Shown: piece by piece, positions 27,641-39,875 of the stretch
How positions within the stretch are numbered: the first letter of the stretch is position 1
Layout: each line of letters opens with the position of its first letter
Assembly (NCBI GenBank): GCA_044892525.1
Contig: CM097885.1
Coordinates: forward strand, 14,446,001-14,510,000
Direction of reading: 5' to 3'
Source: Schmidtea polychroa
Lineage: Eukaryota
DNA: 64,000 nt
The notes under the pieces: generated by a model
What the model was told of the DNA's origin: nothing
The model's database searches: none
Seen by the model: only the letters and a program-made list of their open reading frames with translations
Translations under genes and position numbers: made by a program

Positions 27641-28362
27641 TACACCATTCCCTCGAATTACGCGGTACCCATTTTACGTGGTCATAAAAAATAACTTTTT
27701 TTTAATGAAATCAAACATATTTGGTGGCAAGTGTCTCTCAAATGCATATAAATTTATCTGTAAAGACATTTCTGAAATTTTACAATTGACCAGTAACTCA
27801 GGAAATAAGGTTTTGGCCACTGATCATGATATTGGCCGCGCTGTTAAATTTCAGCGAGACATTAAAATACTTTGGGTGCAATACAGTGAAATTAACAAAG
27901 ATTTAAAAAGAAACAAAACACAAAAATTGGTTACAGACTATTTAATAAGATGAGAAGAGCTGGATTTGAATACGATGATAGTAGTGATTTCGAGCCAATC
28001 AAAAAGGAAAAATTGGTTGAATTAGAATATAGTAGTGAGGAGGCGGAATAATTAAATTACAATTATTCCTTTTAATATACCTTTTAACTATGAACATGTT
28101 ATAAATTTTACAATTTAAAATTTAAATTTCGATTTTTTAAATCTATTTCTACATAAAATTGTATTTTTTTATGCCTCGTTTTACGCGAGTTTCTGGAACC
28201 TATCTACTTACTTAATATGAACTTGAAGTCTCGATTTACGCAGATTTTTATTGTCTGGAACCTATCTATCATTTTTGTATGAATTTGAAGTCTCGATTTA
28301 CGCGGTTTCGATTTGCGCGTTAGTTTCTTGGAACGTGTCTACCGCGTAATATCCACTGGGTA
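27641..28362. mobile_element. Degenerate Tigger-like non-autonomous element
   Basis: Left end TACACCATTCCCTCGAATTACGCGG; right end ...CCGCGTAATATCC; internal CTCGATTTACGC and CTGGAACCTATCTA repeats. Ends are imperfect. Confidence 0.45.
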
Positions 28363-28721
28363 TAGGAATCTGACGGTAAGTGCATTTGACATCTCCTTTA
28401 CTAAATATTCAATTTCTGGAAACTATTGAAAAAATGATCTATTCTTGATAATTTTTCTTTCATTGAAGAATTCAAATTATTTGCTGTGTAAAGGATTAGC
28501 AAAAGGATAATAAGAAGTATTCAATAGATTATCCTCAACCATTGTGGACTTTTGACAAATACCATAATGAATCTTTGGCTATTAAGGATGAAATTAAATC
28601 ATGGTGAATTTTAATGCTTTTCATAAAGATGGCTTCAAACCATATCTAATCATTTTCTGTCGCCGCAGACTTAAACTCATTCTTTCCTTTAAATCTTATC
28701 ATACCCTTTCATATAATATAT

Positions 28722-29711
28722 CAAGGGTGGGCACGCATGGGTTCAATAAGAGCCATTTTCCGAAAATTTATTTTTTACAGAGCCACCATAGTAAAGTACA
28801 TATTTTTTTTTATTTCATTAATTTGATTAAAGAGACTTAAACGCTATTATAAAAAAACAAAATAATTATTTCAAACATTAAGTAACAAACATAAAAATCC
28901 ATTAATAAAAAGTAATAAAATTTCTTGAATTAACGAAGACTTTTGGCCGCATTTGCCCACCGTTGTAATAGTCCTTGTTGGGCTTGAAGCCCTGATTGCA
29001 ATGACTTAAGTTTTTCTGTCCGCAAGTTTGAATTGAGTGGATATTGAATTGATAAGTGCGGATGACTTACTTCATAGTGTCGAGGTAAATTGGTTACTTT
29101 GTAGTTGGAAATTGTACCTTTACAAATAAGACACAACGATTTACCATTATTGTCAATAAAAAAAAACTTTTCTGTCCATTCTTTTTGAAAAGTTCTATTT
29201 TCTTGTCTGTATTTTCGTTTTTTGATGTTTTCTGATGTCATTATAATAATAAATTTAAATAACTATATAGCTGAAATTTAAACAAAATAATAAAAAGACA
29301 TTAATTTAATTTTAATTAGTTTAAAATTTTAAAATGCTTCATAAAAAAATCTTCTTACCAAATTTTTCAAAAAACACGAATAGAAAACTATACTAAAATA
29401 TACAAACGACCGCAATCTTGTACAAACAAAATAATAACCAATCAAAATTCACTAAATTTATTTTTGATGCTTCTCTCTCGTTGTTATAACAAAGCGCCGC
29501 CTACTACAAAATAATTTTAAAAAGCAGTAAAATGTGAAAAACAATGTTTCGTTAATTTTTGACATTTATGAAAATACAATTGCAACAAAAAATTTTTTCT
29601 CAAAACATTTAGTGAAAAATTTCAAAATAAAAAATCGAATTCGATTATCAAGAATTCAATTATCAATGAGCCGCAGTTTACTCAACGAAGAGCCGCATTT
29701 GCCCACCGTTG
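28722..29711 (-). mobile_element. SPIN/GTF2IRD2-like hAT deletion derivative with an extra internal TIR
   Basis: TIR CAAGGGTGGGCA / CAACGGTGGGCA; perfect TSD TAATATAT. ORF 28930-29241 carries a BED-finger N-terminus (FQKEWTEKFFF...CLIC...NLPRHY...H). Confidence 0.9.
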
Positions 29712-29814
29712 TAATATATGGTTGAACATTATTCATTATCTTAACTTTTAGTTTGGTATAAGTATTTAAATAATTCTTGAAAATATAACCATACTTATAT
29801 TCGGATAGCTAGGT

Positions 29815-30091
29815 CAGCGATGGCGAACCTTTTTGACAAGGGTGTCACAATTGAATTTAATTTTTCAAAATATCAACCTACGGGTCAAGTATTATTTTAG
29901 TTATTATAAATTTAACAAATATTCATGTAAATATAATATAATTTTATTTATTGTACATTAATTAGATATATATTCGAACACATTTGTATGATTATCATTT
30001 TATAATTAAAAAAACAAAACAACTTGTGGGTCACTTGACTTCGTTGCATGAGAAAGTGTCTGACCCATGGGTCATAGGTTCGCCGTTGCTG
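29815..30091. mobile_element. hAT (Charlie-type) MITE, 277 bp
   Basis: TIR CAGCGATGGCGAACCT / CAGCAACGGCGAACCT (14/16); TSD AGCTAGGT / AGTTAGAT (6/8). Confidence 0.8.
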
Positions 30092-30196
30092 AGTTAGATG
30101 AATATTGGTAACTTGCATAGTTAATGATAGATATATTTTCAGTAATCATCTATGAACGAATATTTCAGTAGTTGCCCCACCTTTGATACTTTATGT

Positions 30197-30288
30197 TAGG
30201 TTATATGTTATTCGTATGTTATTGTTATTGCTAGGTTATACGTTATTCGTATGTTATAGTTATTGCTAGGTTATACGTTATTTGTTAT
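30197..30288. repeat. 35-bp tandem repeat, about 2.5 copies
   Basis: Unit TAGGTTATACGTTATTCGTATGTTATAGTTATTGC. Confidence 0.8.
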
Positions 30289-33200
30289 TTAACAAGAAAT
30301 TTGAAGAGCCCGAAAGAGTCACCGATAAAAAAATGTGTCGGGACAATCGGGGTGAGTGTTGTGTAATGTAAATCAAAATACAATAATAATAAACAATAAT
30401 ATATTATAATCAAACTTTTATCTAAACTAAATAGAAAAACCTTGAGTCCGGAGGATGAGGACAATTTGAGGACAAAAATGAGGACAATTTGGTAATAACA
30501 ATAGGATAAGATGAAACTTCCCTGTTCAATTATAATGTTTTATTGAGATAATAATTTTGATAATCCTGAGGAAAACTCGAAGCAAATAATTCAGATTTTC
30601 TAGTTTATTCGTTCTTTGCCAATGTAAAGGTTTAAAACCTCGTTTAACTTTTATTGCTGGAGGATACTCTGGTTTATTTGGGAATACTTTGATAATGTAA
30701 TATCTTTGCTTATTCCAATAAATATTTTATTATATCTTCTTTCTTTCTTTCTTTGGTTTAATAAATTTTTAATGGACTTTTAATATTCTAGTTTTGTTTC
30801 TAGTAGCTGCTTTCTTTCAATGGTAATTTAATTTTTAACTTTTTATTGATTTTTTAAAATTTATTATTTTTGTCATTTTCTATAGTGATAATTTACTATG
30901 GTAAATTATCACTATATAGTTTGTTTTTTTATAAACATAAAATAAAAACCTTCGCCACGCACAACGTGAAGAATTGTTACTTACATTCATAACATACGGT
31001 TAACAAAACCAAAAAAAATAAATAATTACAATACATTACACTTTATTTTAATACTGTTATAAGTGATTAAGGGTTTTTGGCTTCAAAATCTAAATGGAGA
31101 CTTTTGACTTTTAAATAGTAAAACTTAGAATGTAAAATGTTAAAATTTTATGTTATTGAAAATCCAATGATCGAAGCTTCTCGAAATGACCACCAAGTTA
31201 ACGCTTTAATAGATATTTTGCATCTAGAAAGAAATTAAACACATTTTTCAATGAACAATCTCATTGCTGAGAGTTAGTGTCAAAGAAACTTCCTCTTGGT
31301 TTTCTATCTATCAAAACCTAGAAGCATCTGGAATATAATCTGAATGACGATCAACTTTGTTACAAACAACCTTGAACTACATTGAAATCTTCGGAAGAAC
31401 TGAATTGATATTTAGACTAGGAGTAAAATCGGCTGATGGAAAAAGAAATCATAACTGAAGATCGAGTTGAAATCACAGCTTGTTCTCGGATCTTAAATAC
31501 TTATTTTGAATTTATTATCCAGGACGAAGGTTTGCTCGTTGATGAAACAATTAAATTTGTTGTGTTAAACTCCGATAAATTTGTCAGTATTGTAAAGATG
31601 GATATTATAAGAACTTTTTACGATTTTCACCACTGATTTCTTTTCCATTGACATTGTATTTATTAAAAAACTTTGACTATGAATCAGTAAATATATCAAA
31701 AAAACATCGATATATTTATTGATTTATAATCAAGCTTTTTATAATAAATAAAAAGATGAATAGTTTATATGCATTTAAGAAAATTTATTATCGTGAGAAT
31801 AAATAAAATCATTTAAAGATTCGATTTAATTTAATCCTTTATCTTAAAAATTGGGAAAATATTTCAGTAAGTGTAGGTACTCATAAAAATCATCATACAT
31901 AACGTTTCATAAATTACTATAAAAAAAAATAACACTAAATATTTTCTCGTTGCTTAAATTTGACAATCTCAAATTTCTAAAAATAACGAATGAATAATTA
32001 TCTGCTCTTCTAGCTATTCCCAATAATATACAATGATATACAAGTACATTTGATGTAACTTTGATAAATCTGTAAAAATTAGAATTGAAATTTTAATATC
32101 AACATAATTGAAACAAAGTCACTTTTAAGAAAAAAGAGCTGTCCAGAATTATTTTTAAAATAAAATATAAATATATTCATATTATAAGAAAGAGTTTGAA
32201 GAGAAAAATTTTATTCCATGAAAAAGCTGTAAAAATATGATTAACAAAGAAGGGGACAACGGTTGAGTGTTATTCATATGTACAGACGTTTATTAAAAAT
32301 CTTTATTTATTTCATATATTTTTGCGATGCACGAATTGATCAAGTGTATATTATTTGGTTTGTGAACTATTCAAGCAAATTTAATAAACTTTGTTTTGAT
32401 TTTTTTTTCGAAAAACCGAATAGTCCACGCATGTGAATTAAGTGGGGTAAGACGGTCATTTTCAAAACTCGGTTCTAATATAGATTTACTTTCCACACTA
32501 CTTGATAACAGCAAATTCTCTGTATTTTACATTCACTCGACCATGAAGTTATTAATTTTCATTTCTAGATTCAAAACAAGTAAAAACGAATTTGTAATTT
32601 AAAAGTTTCAAATTGTAATATTATTTGTCCTATTCTTTTCTAATCTCTTTCAGACAAGTAAGTAGAATAAAAATGCAAAAATATTTTTGTAATTCGAATC
32701 TCCGAAAAAAAGTGAAAATGAGAACCTCAATATTTCTACGGGACGCCAGAATAAATTTCATTTCCTCTTTCAAAAATAAAGATATTCATAAATAATATCC
32801 CAGTCAAAGATTTTTTTTAAATTGCTAAAATAAATTTTTTTATTTAAAATTACCTTCTTTTGATTTTGTTTGAATTAAATTTATATCTTCCATGTCGCCC
32901 CGATTTTCATGAACTTCGAAATAAGATTTATTGGCTGTATTCAGTTTTTCTGTGACAAAATAATAATCATGTCATTTTAGTATTGTGATATTTTATTTAA
33001 AGTTATTACCAAAAAGTTATGATTTACACCGCATTGCCTCCTCATAAAACCACTTATAATATAACAAAATAAATAATTGATATTATAAGAAACACAAATT
33101 TACCTGCGTGTTGAGAATTCATTAGCAGTTACATCTACCAAATTATTATAAATTCCAAATAGAGTACACCAAACACCACTGAGATACATTTTCTATAGTG

Positions 33201-34347
33201 GTGGTTGATGTTTTAATTTAATAAATTTCATTTCTTGGAATTTATTTTAGCCAATTTAGAAATTATTTTCGAGTAAGATTTTTAATTTTAAGTAAATTTT
33301 AAGGCTTTAATTTTGATTTTATATAATTATGAGATCATTATTCAAGTTCTTAAATATTACTTTTAGTCAACATTTGTATTAAATTACTTTTCAGATTATT
33401 TTTAGGAATTTTATGAAATTTATTTTAGAATTATTTTGGAATTATTTCGATATAATGTAAGTTAGATCAATTTTTAACCATAAATTATTAAAGAAACTAA
33501 TTGCCAAACACATTAATATTTTTGAAATATTAATTTCACTCTTCTTCTAAAATAATTTCTTTGTTGCAACATCTTTTCTTTGGAAATTTCTCCAAATTTT
33601 TTGTATCTGTAAATTATTGCTCCAAACTATTTTTTTGATAATTCCCGGTATTCTTCCAAATTCATAGCAATCTTTGCCATTTTCGAATGAATCATATAAT
33701 CGAATTCATTCTTTGAGAAACCTTGATTTAAATAAACCCATATCAAAGTTAAGCATTTATCAAAAAAAGAATTCCTTCCTTTTTCAATTGTTAATTATTT
33801 GCTGTTTCGAAAATCAAATCATTCTTCTAACCCTCTTCAATAACTGATTGTGCAGTCTGCGATTTAAATTCCAATATCCCTTTCAAAAGACACTGGTCTT
33901 CTATTATCATTTCAAAGTTTTCCATGGACTGGACTAGGTTGCGCTGTCGGTTTGATTTTCCAAAACAGCTTGGCAATTTGAAAAATTTTCGCCTCATCGT
34001 GTCTATAAATAATATTCAAAAATCATTTCAAATTGAATCTTGTTCATCTTTTACTTTTCAAAGGTTTTTCGACTGGTTCTGACACTTTAACAGATGTGTA
34101 ATCATAGATTTCTTTTGATAATGCAAAATAATTATAATTTTAAACCTCATTGAAAATTACTATTCAAAGACTCGTTTATGGTGTCCTCTTCGACAGTTTC
34201 ATCTAATAGATCTCCAGCTGGAACTTCGGAATAGACTTTTTTAGAAACTATTGGTTTTTGAGTAATGAACTTTCGAATGGTTTCGTCTGAAATATAAATA
34301 TTCATTAAAGAACAATAAGTTTATACATGTAATAAGTTTCAATATAA

Positions 34348-34945
34348 TGTTAGAGATAGGCCTGGAGCCTGAAACAATAAAACAAGGAAAATTACTAAAA
34401 TTAGAATTAGTATATTAAAATTTGAAAACAATTACTTAAAATAAAATATAGATATATATAAAATACTAAAAATAGATGTAGTTTAAATTTTGTAATTATA
34501 GGTGTAGCAGATACTATAATTAGTATTTGTATTATTACTATTAATATTTTTAATACGTATAATTTTATATAAATACGGGTTCAAAATTAGAACCAAGGGA
34601 CGCAACAAATCGAGACGAAAACATGTGATTCAAAATTGGAGATTCAAAACTGAAAATTAGAAAATTGATTAGAAAGTACAAAGTACTTAATATTTGAAAA
34701 AACGAAATTAATTGATCTATTGGAAAGAAATTATAAAACAGATGTCAAGCTAATTGAACATAGTATTTGCACGGGGGAAAGACTTATAATACAGCTGTGC
34801 ACATTCAACTATATATTGCAAGCAACAATTTTGGGAATTGTCAGTAAAATTTCAGGAGAAAATTGGAACTCAAATTATTGTTGGAAAAGAAAGCCATTGT
34901 TAAATTAATGAATATGATGCGATTAGTAACAAGGTAAAAGATGTG
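34348..34945 (+). mobile_element. Diverged partial LTR related to the Gypsy element at 51751
   Basis: Starts TGTTAGAGATAGGCCTGGAGCCT (cf. TGTTAGGGATAGGCCTGGAGCCT). Shares AAAATTACTAAAATTAGAA, GGTTCAAAA.NAGAACCAAGGG and ACAAGGTAAAAG blocks. No 3' end found. Confidence 0.75.
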
Positions 34946-35309
34946 AAACTTTCTGGTACGGAAATCAAACAACAAAAACCCGTCTCGATTGTTTTCATGG
35001 TATGCAAAAATCTGCAATGCCCGAAAACATATAGGTACGCGGTACCATCAATTATATACATTTAAAACAAATAAAATAGTTTTAACCAATACTGATGATA
35101 AGTGGATCTGGGTTGGAGTAAATTACAGTGACACATATGGGCGTTATAGGTTACTAAATAATGAGAGTTTGAATAATAATGATGATTTATCTAGTGACTT
35201 TCAGTGTCGACGAAAAAATAAAAAAATGGTACATAATTATTATTATTAATGTAGTTAATATTATTTTCAGCTGGTGCACATAGTTCTGGTCTTAATTTCT
35301 GGCACTGTT

Positions 35310-35532
35310 NNNNNNNNNNNNNNNNNNNNNNNNNNNNNNNNNNNNNNNNNNNNNNNNNNNNNNNNNNNNNNNNNNNNNNNNNNNNNNNNNNNNNNNNNNN
35401 NNNNNNNNNNNNNNNNNNNNNNNNNNNNNNNNNNNNNNNNNNNNNNNNNNNNNNNNNNNNNNNNNNNNNNNNNNNNNNNNNNNNNNNNNNNNNNNNNNNN
35501 NNNNNNNNNNNNNNNNNNNNNNNNNNNNNNNN
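35310..35532. other. Assembly gap (223 N)
   Basis: Run of N. Confidence 1.
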
Positions 35533-37638
35533 ATGTTATTCTGTTGATAGATTTATTCCAAAATGAATGAGAATGCAATTGGCCCTTTCTTTAGGGCCAC
35601 AATTATTAATTAAAAATTAAGATCCATTAATATTCTGAACGTAATTGATCCCCTTTAGGACCACAATCATTTATTGTTAATTTACTAAAAATTGACAAAT
35701 GATCGTAAAAAATATTTAAAGACACAAAATATTTTATTTAATGAAATGCCACATAGTCAATTGGGCCTTGTAGGCAATGTTTATGTGAACAATCAAATAA
35801 ATCTAGAATCATTAGGGACATAGAATATTTTATTAACATTGATGGGTTGTAAAATACATGTCAAACTAAAGTACCGTCATTCATATCATTCCAAATCTGT
35901 ATAACTAAATGTAGGTTCATCATTAAATAGCCAATGTTATGGCTCCAAGATATTATTAGTGACGACATTAATAAAACAACACGACATTTTTTAAAAAAAA
36001 CATGTATTTAACTTCTATACAATAACAATAAAAGACAATGCTGACCACACGTATGAGAGTCAATAAATGTTGATACTATTGCTCAATGGGTCTTCCGATT
36101 GTTGATAGTTTTTGGCTATTAGAGTTCGATAATAGTTTCCCATGGAATCAAAACTTTTATTAATATCACAGTTTAGAATTATTTTCCAAATATTAACAAT
36201 ATGCTTTACTTTGGATTGATCTAGGGACAAGTTACCCAATGAGAGACCACCTCAGGCGCTATTTTTTTAAGCGAGTCTTATTTCCTAAATTTCCCCTCTT
36301 TTTAAAAGTTCATTCTTTAGTTTTGTTTTTTGCTTTTTTTTTGAATTGACTCTTTCTATTCAAATATTTTTTTCTATCTTTTATTTCGACCCTTTATGGT
36401 ACTTTGATTGATTTGATAGCTTCTTTCCTCATCAGAATTTCAAATTAAATTATCATGCTTGAATCAATTTTAAACTCAATTTATTTTTGGTTAAAAGGCT
36501 TACATCAAGGAGTTTGCTCCTAATTTAATTAATTAATTAATTAGCGTGTATCCCTCTAATAACTTTGTCTATGGATCCATCAATTATATTTTTTATGGGG
36601 AGTCTCTAAATTTTCCAAATTTACAGGGGTCCTGAAATGTTTTAACTGGACACCCCATCCTTTCGACTAATTTCTTTAATAAACATTTGTATAAAAGTAA
36701 ATTTACCAAATAAAGATTTTATAGTCGATGACAATTCAGACGAGGTGCTGGTGCGGTAAAAGTCAACATGATTCGTTTCATTCTGAGCCCCAGGTCCAGT
36801 AGCAGTGTAGACATATCTGTCTTCAGGGAGAATTATTACTCCTAAAATATTTATTTATAACAGTTGAATCAAAAAATATCTTATTACTGTCTGTTCTTCG
36901 GCCACGAATTTTCACTTCACCTTTCACTCTAAAGCCGTTTTTGTTTTTATGAATTTGATTTGGAGTTAATTCTTCTGAAGGGATTTCATCTTCGCCACAG
37001 CATCCAGAATTATTATCTACAATATATATTGCGTAAATCCTAACAATCAAATTGTTCATTTATTAATTTATTACATTTTATTAAAGGGTACTTACGAAAA
37101 ATTAAAAATTAATTAACACATTGGTCAGCAATCTTTTATGAGGTAACCCTACCGAGAGGCCGAAGTACAATGCAGATATCAGACATTCATGTCCAAGGCG
37201 GCATTTATAGAAATTGGTGGTGTCAGACAGACGTAGATATTCGTAACGATATTACATATTTGAAAAAAACCGTTTGCGGACGGAATTCGTATCGTATAAG
37301 CCATTTAAGGCCAGTACTGATGGCCTACCGTCCGCAAACGGTTAAATAGAATTTATTAAGCTCTTTTAAATTGGAAACCCCGAAATAAAAGAACTTCTTA
37401 CCGTACATCTGCAATATCGAATTAGTGAGTTTTTGTCCATTCGAAGCTAAATGCTTGATTAGTTAGAACATTAGTCACATAATCATCATACTTTTCATCC
37501 TTCATGACTTTTCATTAATAATTTGAATATAAAACTGTTAAATTGATTTTATCTGAATTTATAAATTTAATAAATAATATTAAAAACATTATACAACAAA
37601 CTCTCGGTTATTCTAGAGGCCCATGGTTAATCGCGGTA

Positions 37639-37788
37639 CCCCTAACCCTCGCTTAACGAAATTTATTTGTTCACGAAAATTCGTTCATAAATTATATTTC
37701 ATGCGTAAACCGAGACTTTGGTTTAATTTTGAAATTATGTTTTTGCGAAATTTTGTAAATAGAATTTTCGTAAAGCGAGGGATGGGTG
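37639..37788. mobile_element. Tigger-like MITE, 150 bp
   Basis: TA flanks; TIR CCCCTAACCCTCGCTTAACG / CACCCATCCCTCGCTTTACG (16/20). Confidence 0.65.
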
Positions 37789-37999
37789 TATTAAGAAATT
37801 TTAATACAAAAACATTTTTTACCATCCATATGATTATGCTCTCTCAACTCAAAAACATTTTAGTGATTAAACTATTTCATAATTAAGGAAAATTTTTGAG
37901 TAGGTAGCAAATAAAAGGTTAAAGATGAATATAATAAATAAATTTTGATGGGAGGTCTCCAGGTAAGAGCATTACAAAAATAAAAATTAATTTTATTTA

Positions 38000-38600
38000 T
38001 ATATTTTTTTAATATGGTTTTTATGAATTTCTACCTTTGAAGACATTCGCAAACTACGAGTAGAGGAAGGGCTGATGACTTGCACAAGAGTCATTCTTAA
38101 CAGCTAGGAAAATCATCCACAGACCCGAGGAATGACTCCATAAGCGACTGACCTCTCCATGGAGCATATTCGTTGTAAGATTCATCTGAATGATCAAGTC
38201 ACATATGTGATCGAAGCTTAGTCGAGCATCTAGGCAGGGTATAAATCACGTGATATCCAACAAGAAAAATAGTTAACAAAACATTCTGTCTCGGGGAATT
38301 AGACTTCATAATTTCACATTGACCGAAATACGGCAAGCCACCGCCCATGATTAATGTTCCCTTTTCTGCCATTGTTTCTCACGTATATGCTCACAATAAA
38401 ACTGCACTTGGCCAATAACAATCATTGTAGAAGATCTAAGAATGAAATTATCGAAATAAGAAATAAGGTCAGATCTCTGCTCAAATTTTTGAAAGTTACA
38501 TTGCGTAGTATAAAATAATAAAGACCATAAATAAATCATCAAGAAGGAACAATAATAAATGAATGGCAAATGGTTATTACAGAGCCAATATCTCTATCTC
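38000..38600 (-). pseudogene. Possible heavily decayed Gypsy RNase H remnant
   Basis: FYCEHIR and HGRWLAVFRSM*NYEV resemble the TDH.PL and ARW...L..Y.FEI motifs; weak. Confidence 0.3.
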
Positions 38601-39842
38601 GGATGTCACCCAGAATTGTTCAAACAATAGTAATAATTAATAGCCCGTCTCAAGCTTCTCTCTACGCACTATCTGTTCTTGGTCTTCTCCCATTAATCAC
38701 AGTGTCAAGATAATGAGCCCCAAAATTTCCTTTTTGTTTACTTATCTCTTTCTTTACCCAACTCGGGATTTCTTTCTACTCGCTAATTAATTAATTAATT
38801 AATCTATTTCGTCTTCTTGTTTTTAACTATTATGCACCCTTTTGCACTCATCCTGACACCTTCTGAAAATTCCGTTATCACTGTGTTATTCCTCGCTACT
38901 TGTTCCACATATGACCAATTTTCCAGATTTCAATTTTAATATTTGAATCTTTTATCGATTTTTCACAATTCACATTTTTGTGTTTTGCATTCATAATTAA
39001 TCTCCTTCTCAAACCTTTGTTTTCTTTTTATTTCTTTGCACTATTGATCCTCTTCCTTACCAGACTTTCACATCTCTCCTTCCTTTCATTCTAAATATAA
39101 TTTTATTTTAATTTTGATTATTTTATAACCTCAACAATAACATAAAATAAAGATAAAGAAAATATATATGTATGACTAAATTAAGCCAATTATAAAAAAA
39201 TATTTTGAGTAAACAACAAGAATAGATACGTTATCGTCTGATTTAATAGCAAATTCAAAGTTAAGCTCAAATAGGATAGTGTTACTAATGTAGTTGAAAT
39301 TTGGGATGATAAAATTTGAATTGATACTCTACTTGATTGAAATCATATCTGCCTCTGTGTATAAGTTGACCTGGTATTTATTTGAACCTGTTTTACAATT
39401 CTCATGTAATGTAAAAGTTTCCAAGGACTCCAATCATCATTCACTCTATTGGGTTATTTTTACAAATTTCAGGAAATTCTTCACTAAGTATAATGTTGGG
39501 ATCTAATAAAATTCCTAAATTTTTCTAACAATCTTTACATATTAAAATTTTATTTCACGCGGTTAAATTTATAGACTAGAAGTTCTGAATTTTAAAAATT
39601 TTTGAAATTAATAAACTCTTCATCGTTGCTGTTTAATCCATTTAAGTTAATTTATTGTAAATTCAAATTTAAATGAATGATGTTATCAGATAAATTTAAA
39701 CTATTATTTTTAGTTCCAAGCCGATTTAATAAATGATTATATAAAATACTTAAGAGAATTCCATATCTTTCATCTATAACTATTTTGTATTAGAATCTAT
39801 AAATGTTTACTAATATTTGATTTACATTGTTTAAATAATACT

Positions 39843-39856
39843 GATACCATAGTAAC
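39843..39856 (+). promoter_or_regulatory. RFX X-box motif upstream of CFAP299
   Basis: GATACCATAGTAAC matches GTHNYYATRRNAAC at 13/14 and lies 20 nt before the ATG of a ciliary gene. Confidence 0.65.
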
Positions 39857-39875
39857 CCTAAGATACTTTTAAAAA

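Noticed and set aside
34989-35249. C-type lectin-like fragment (KWIWVGVNYSDT...)
   Set aside because: Only one short motif, no conserved Cys pattern, and next to the gap.
35267-35578. ORFs spanning the N run
   Set aside because: Artefacts of the assembly gap.
38060-38130. Hammerhead ribozyme candidate (CTGATGA at 38072, GAAA at 38108)
   Set aside because: Stem II pairs poorly and with the wrong closing pair; no convincing stems I and III.
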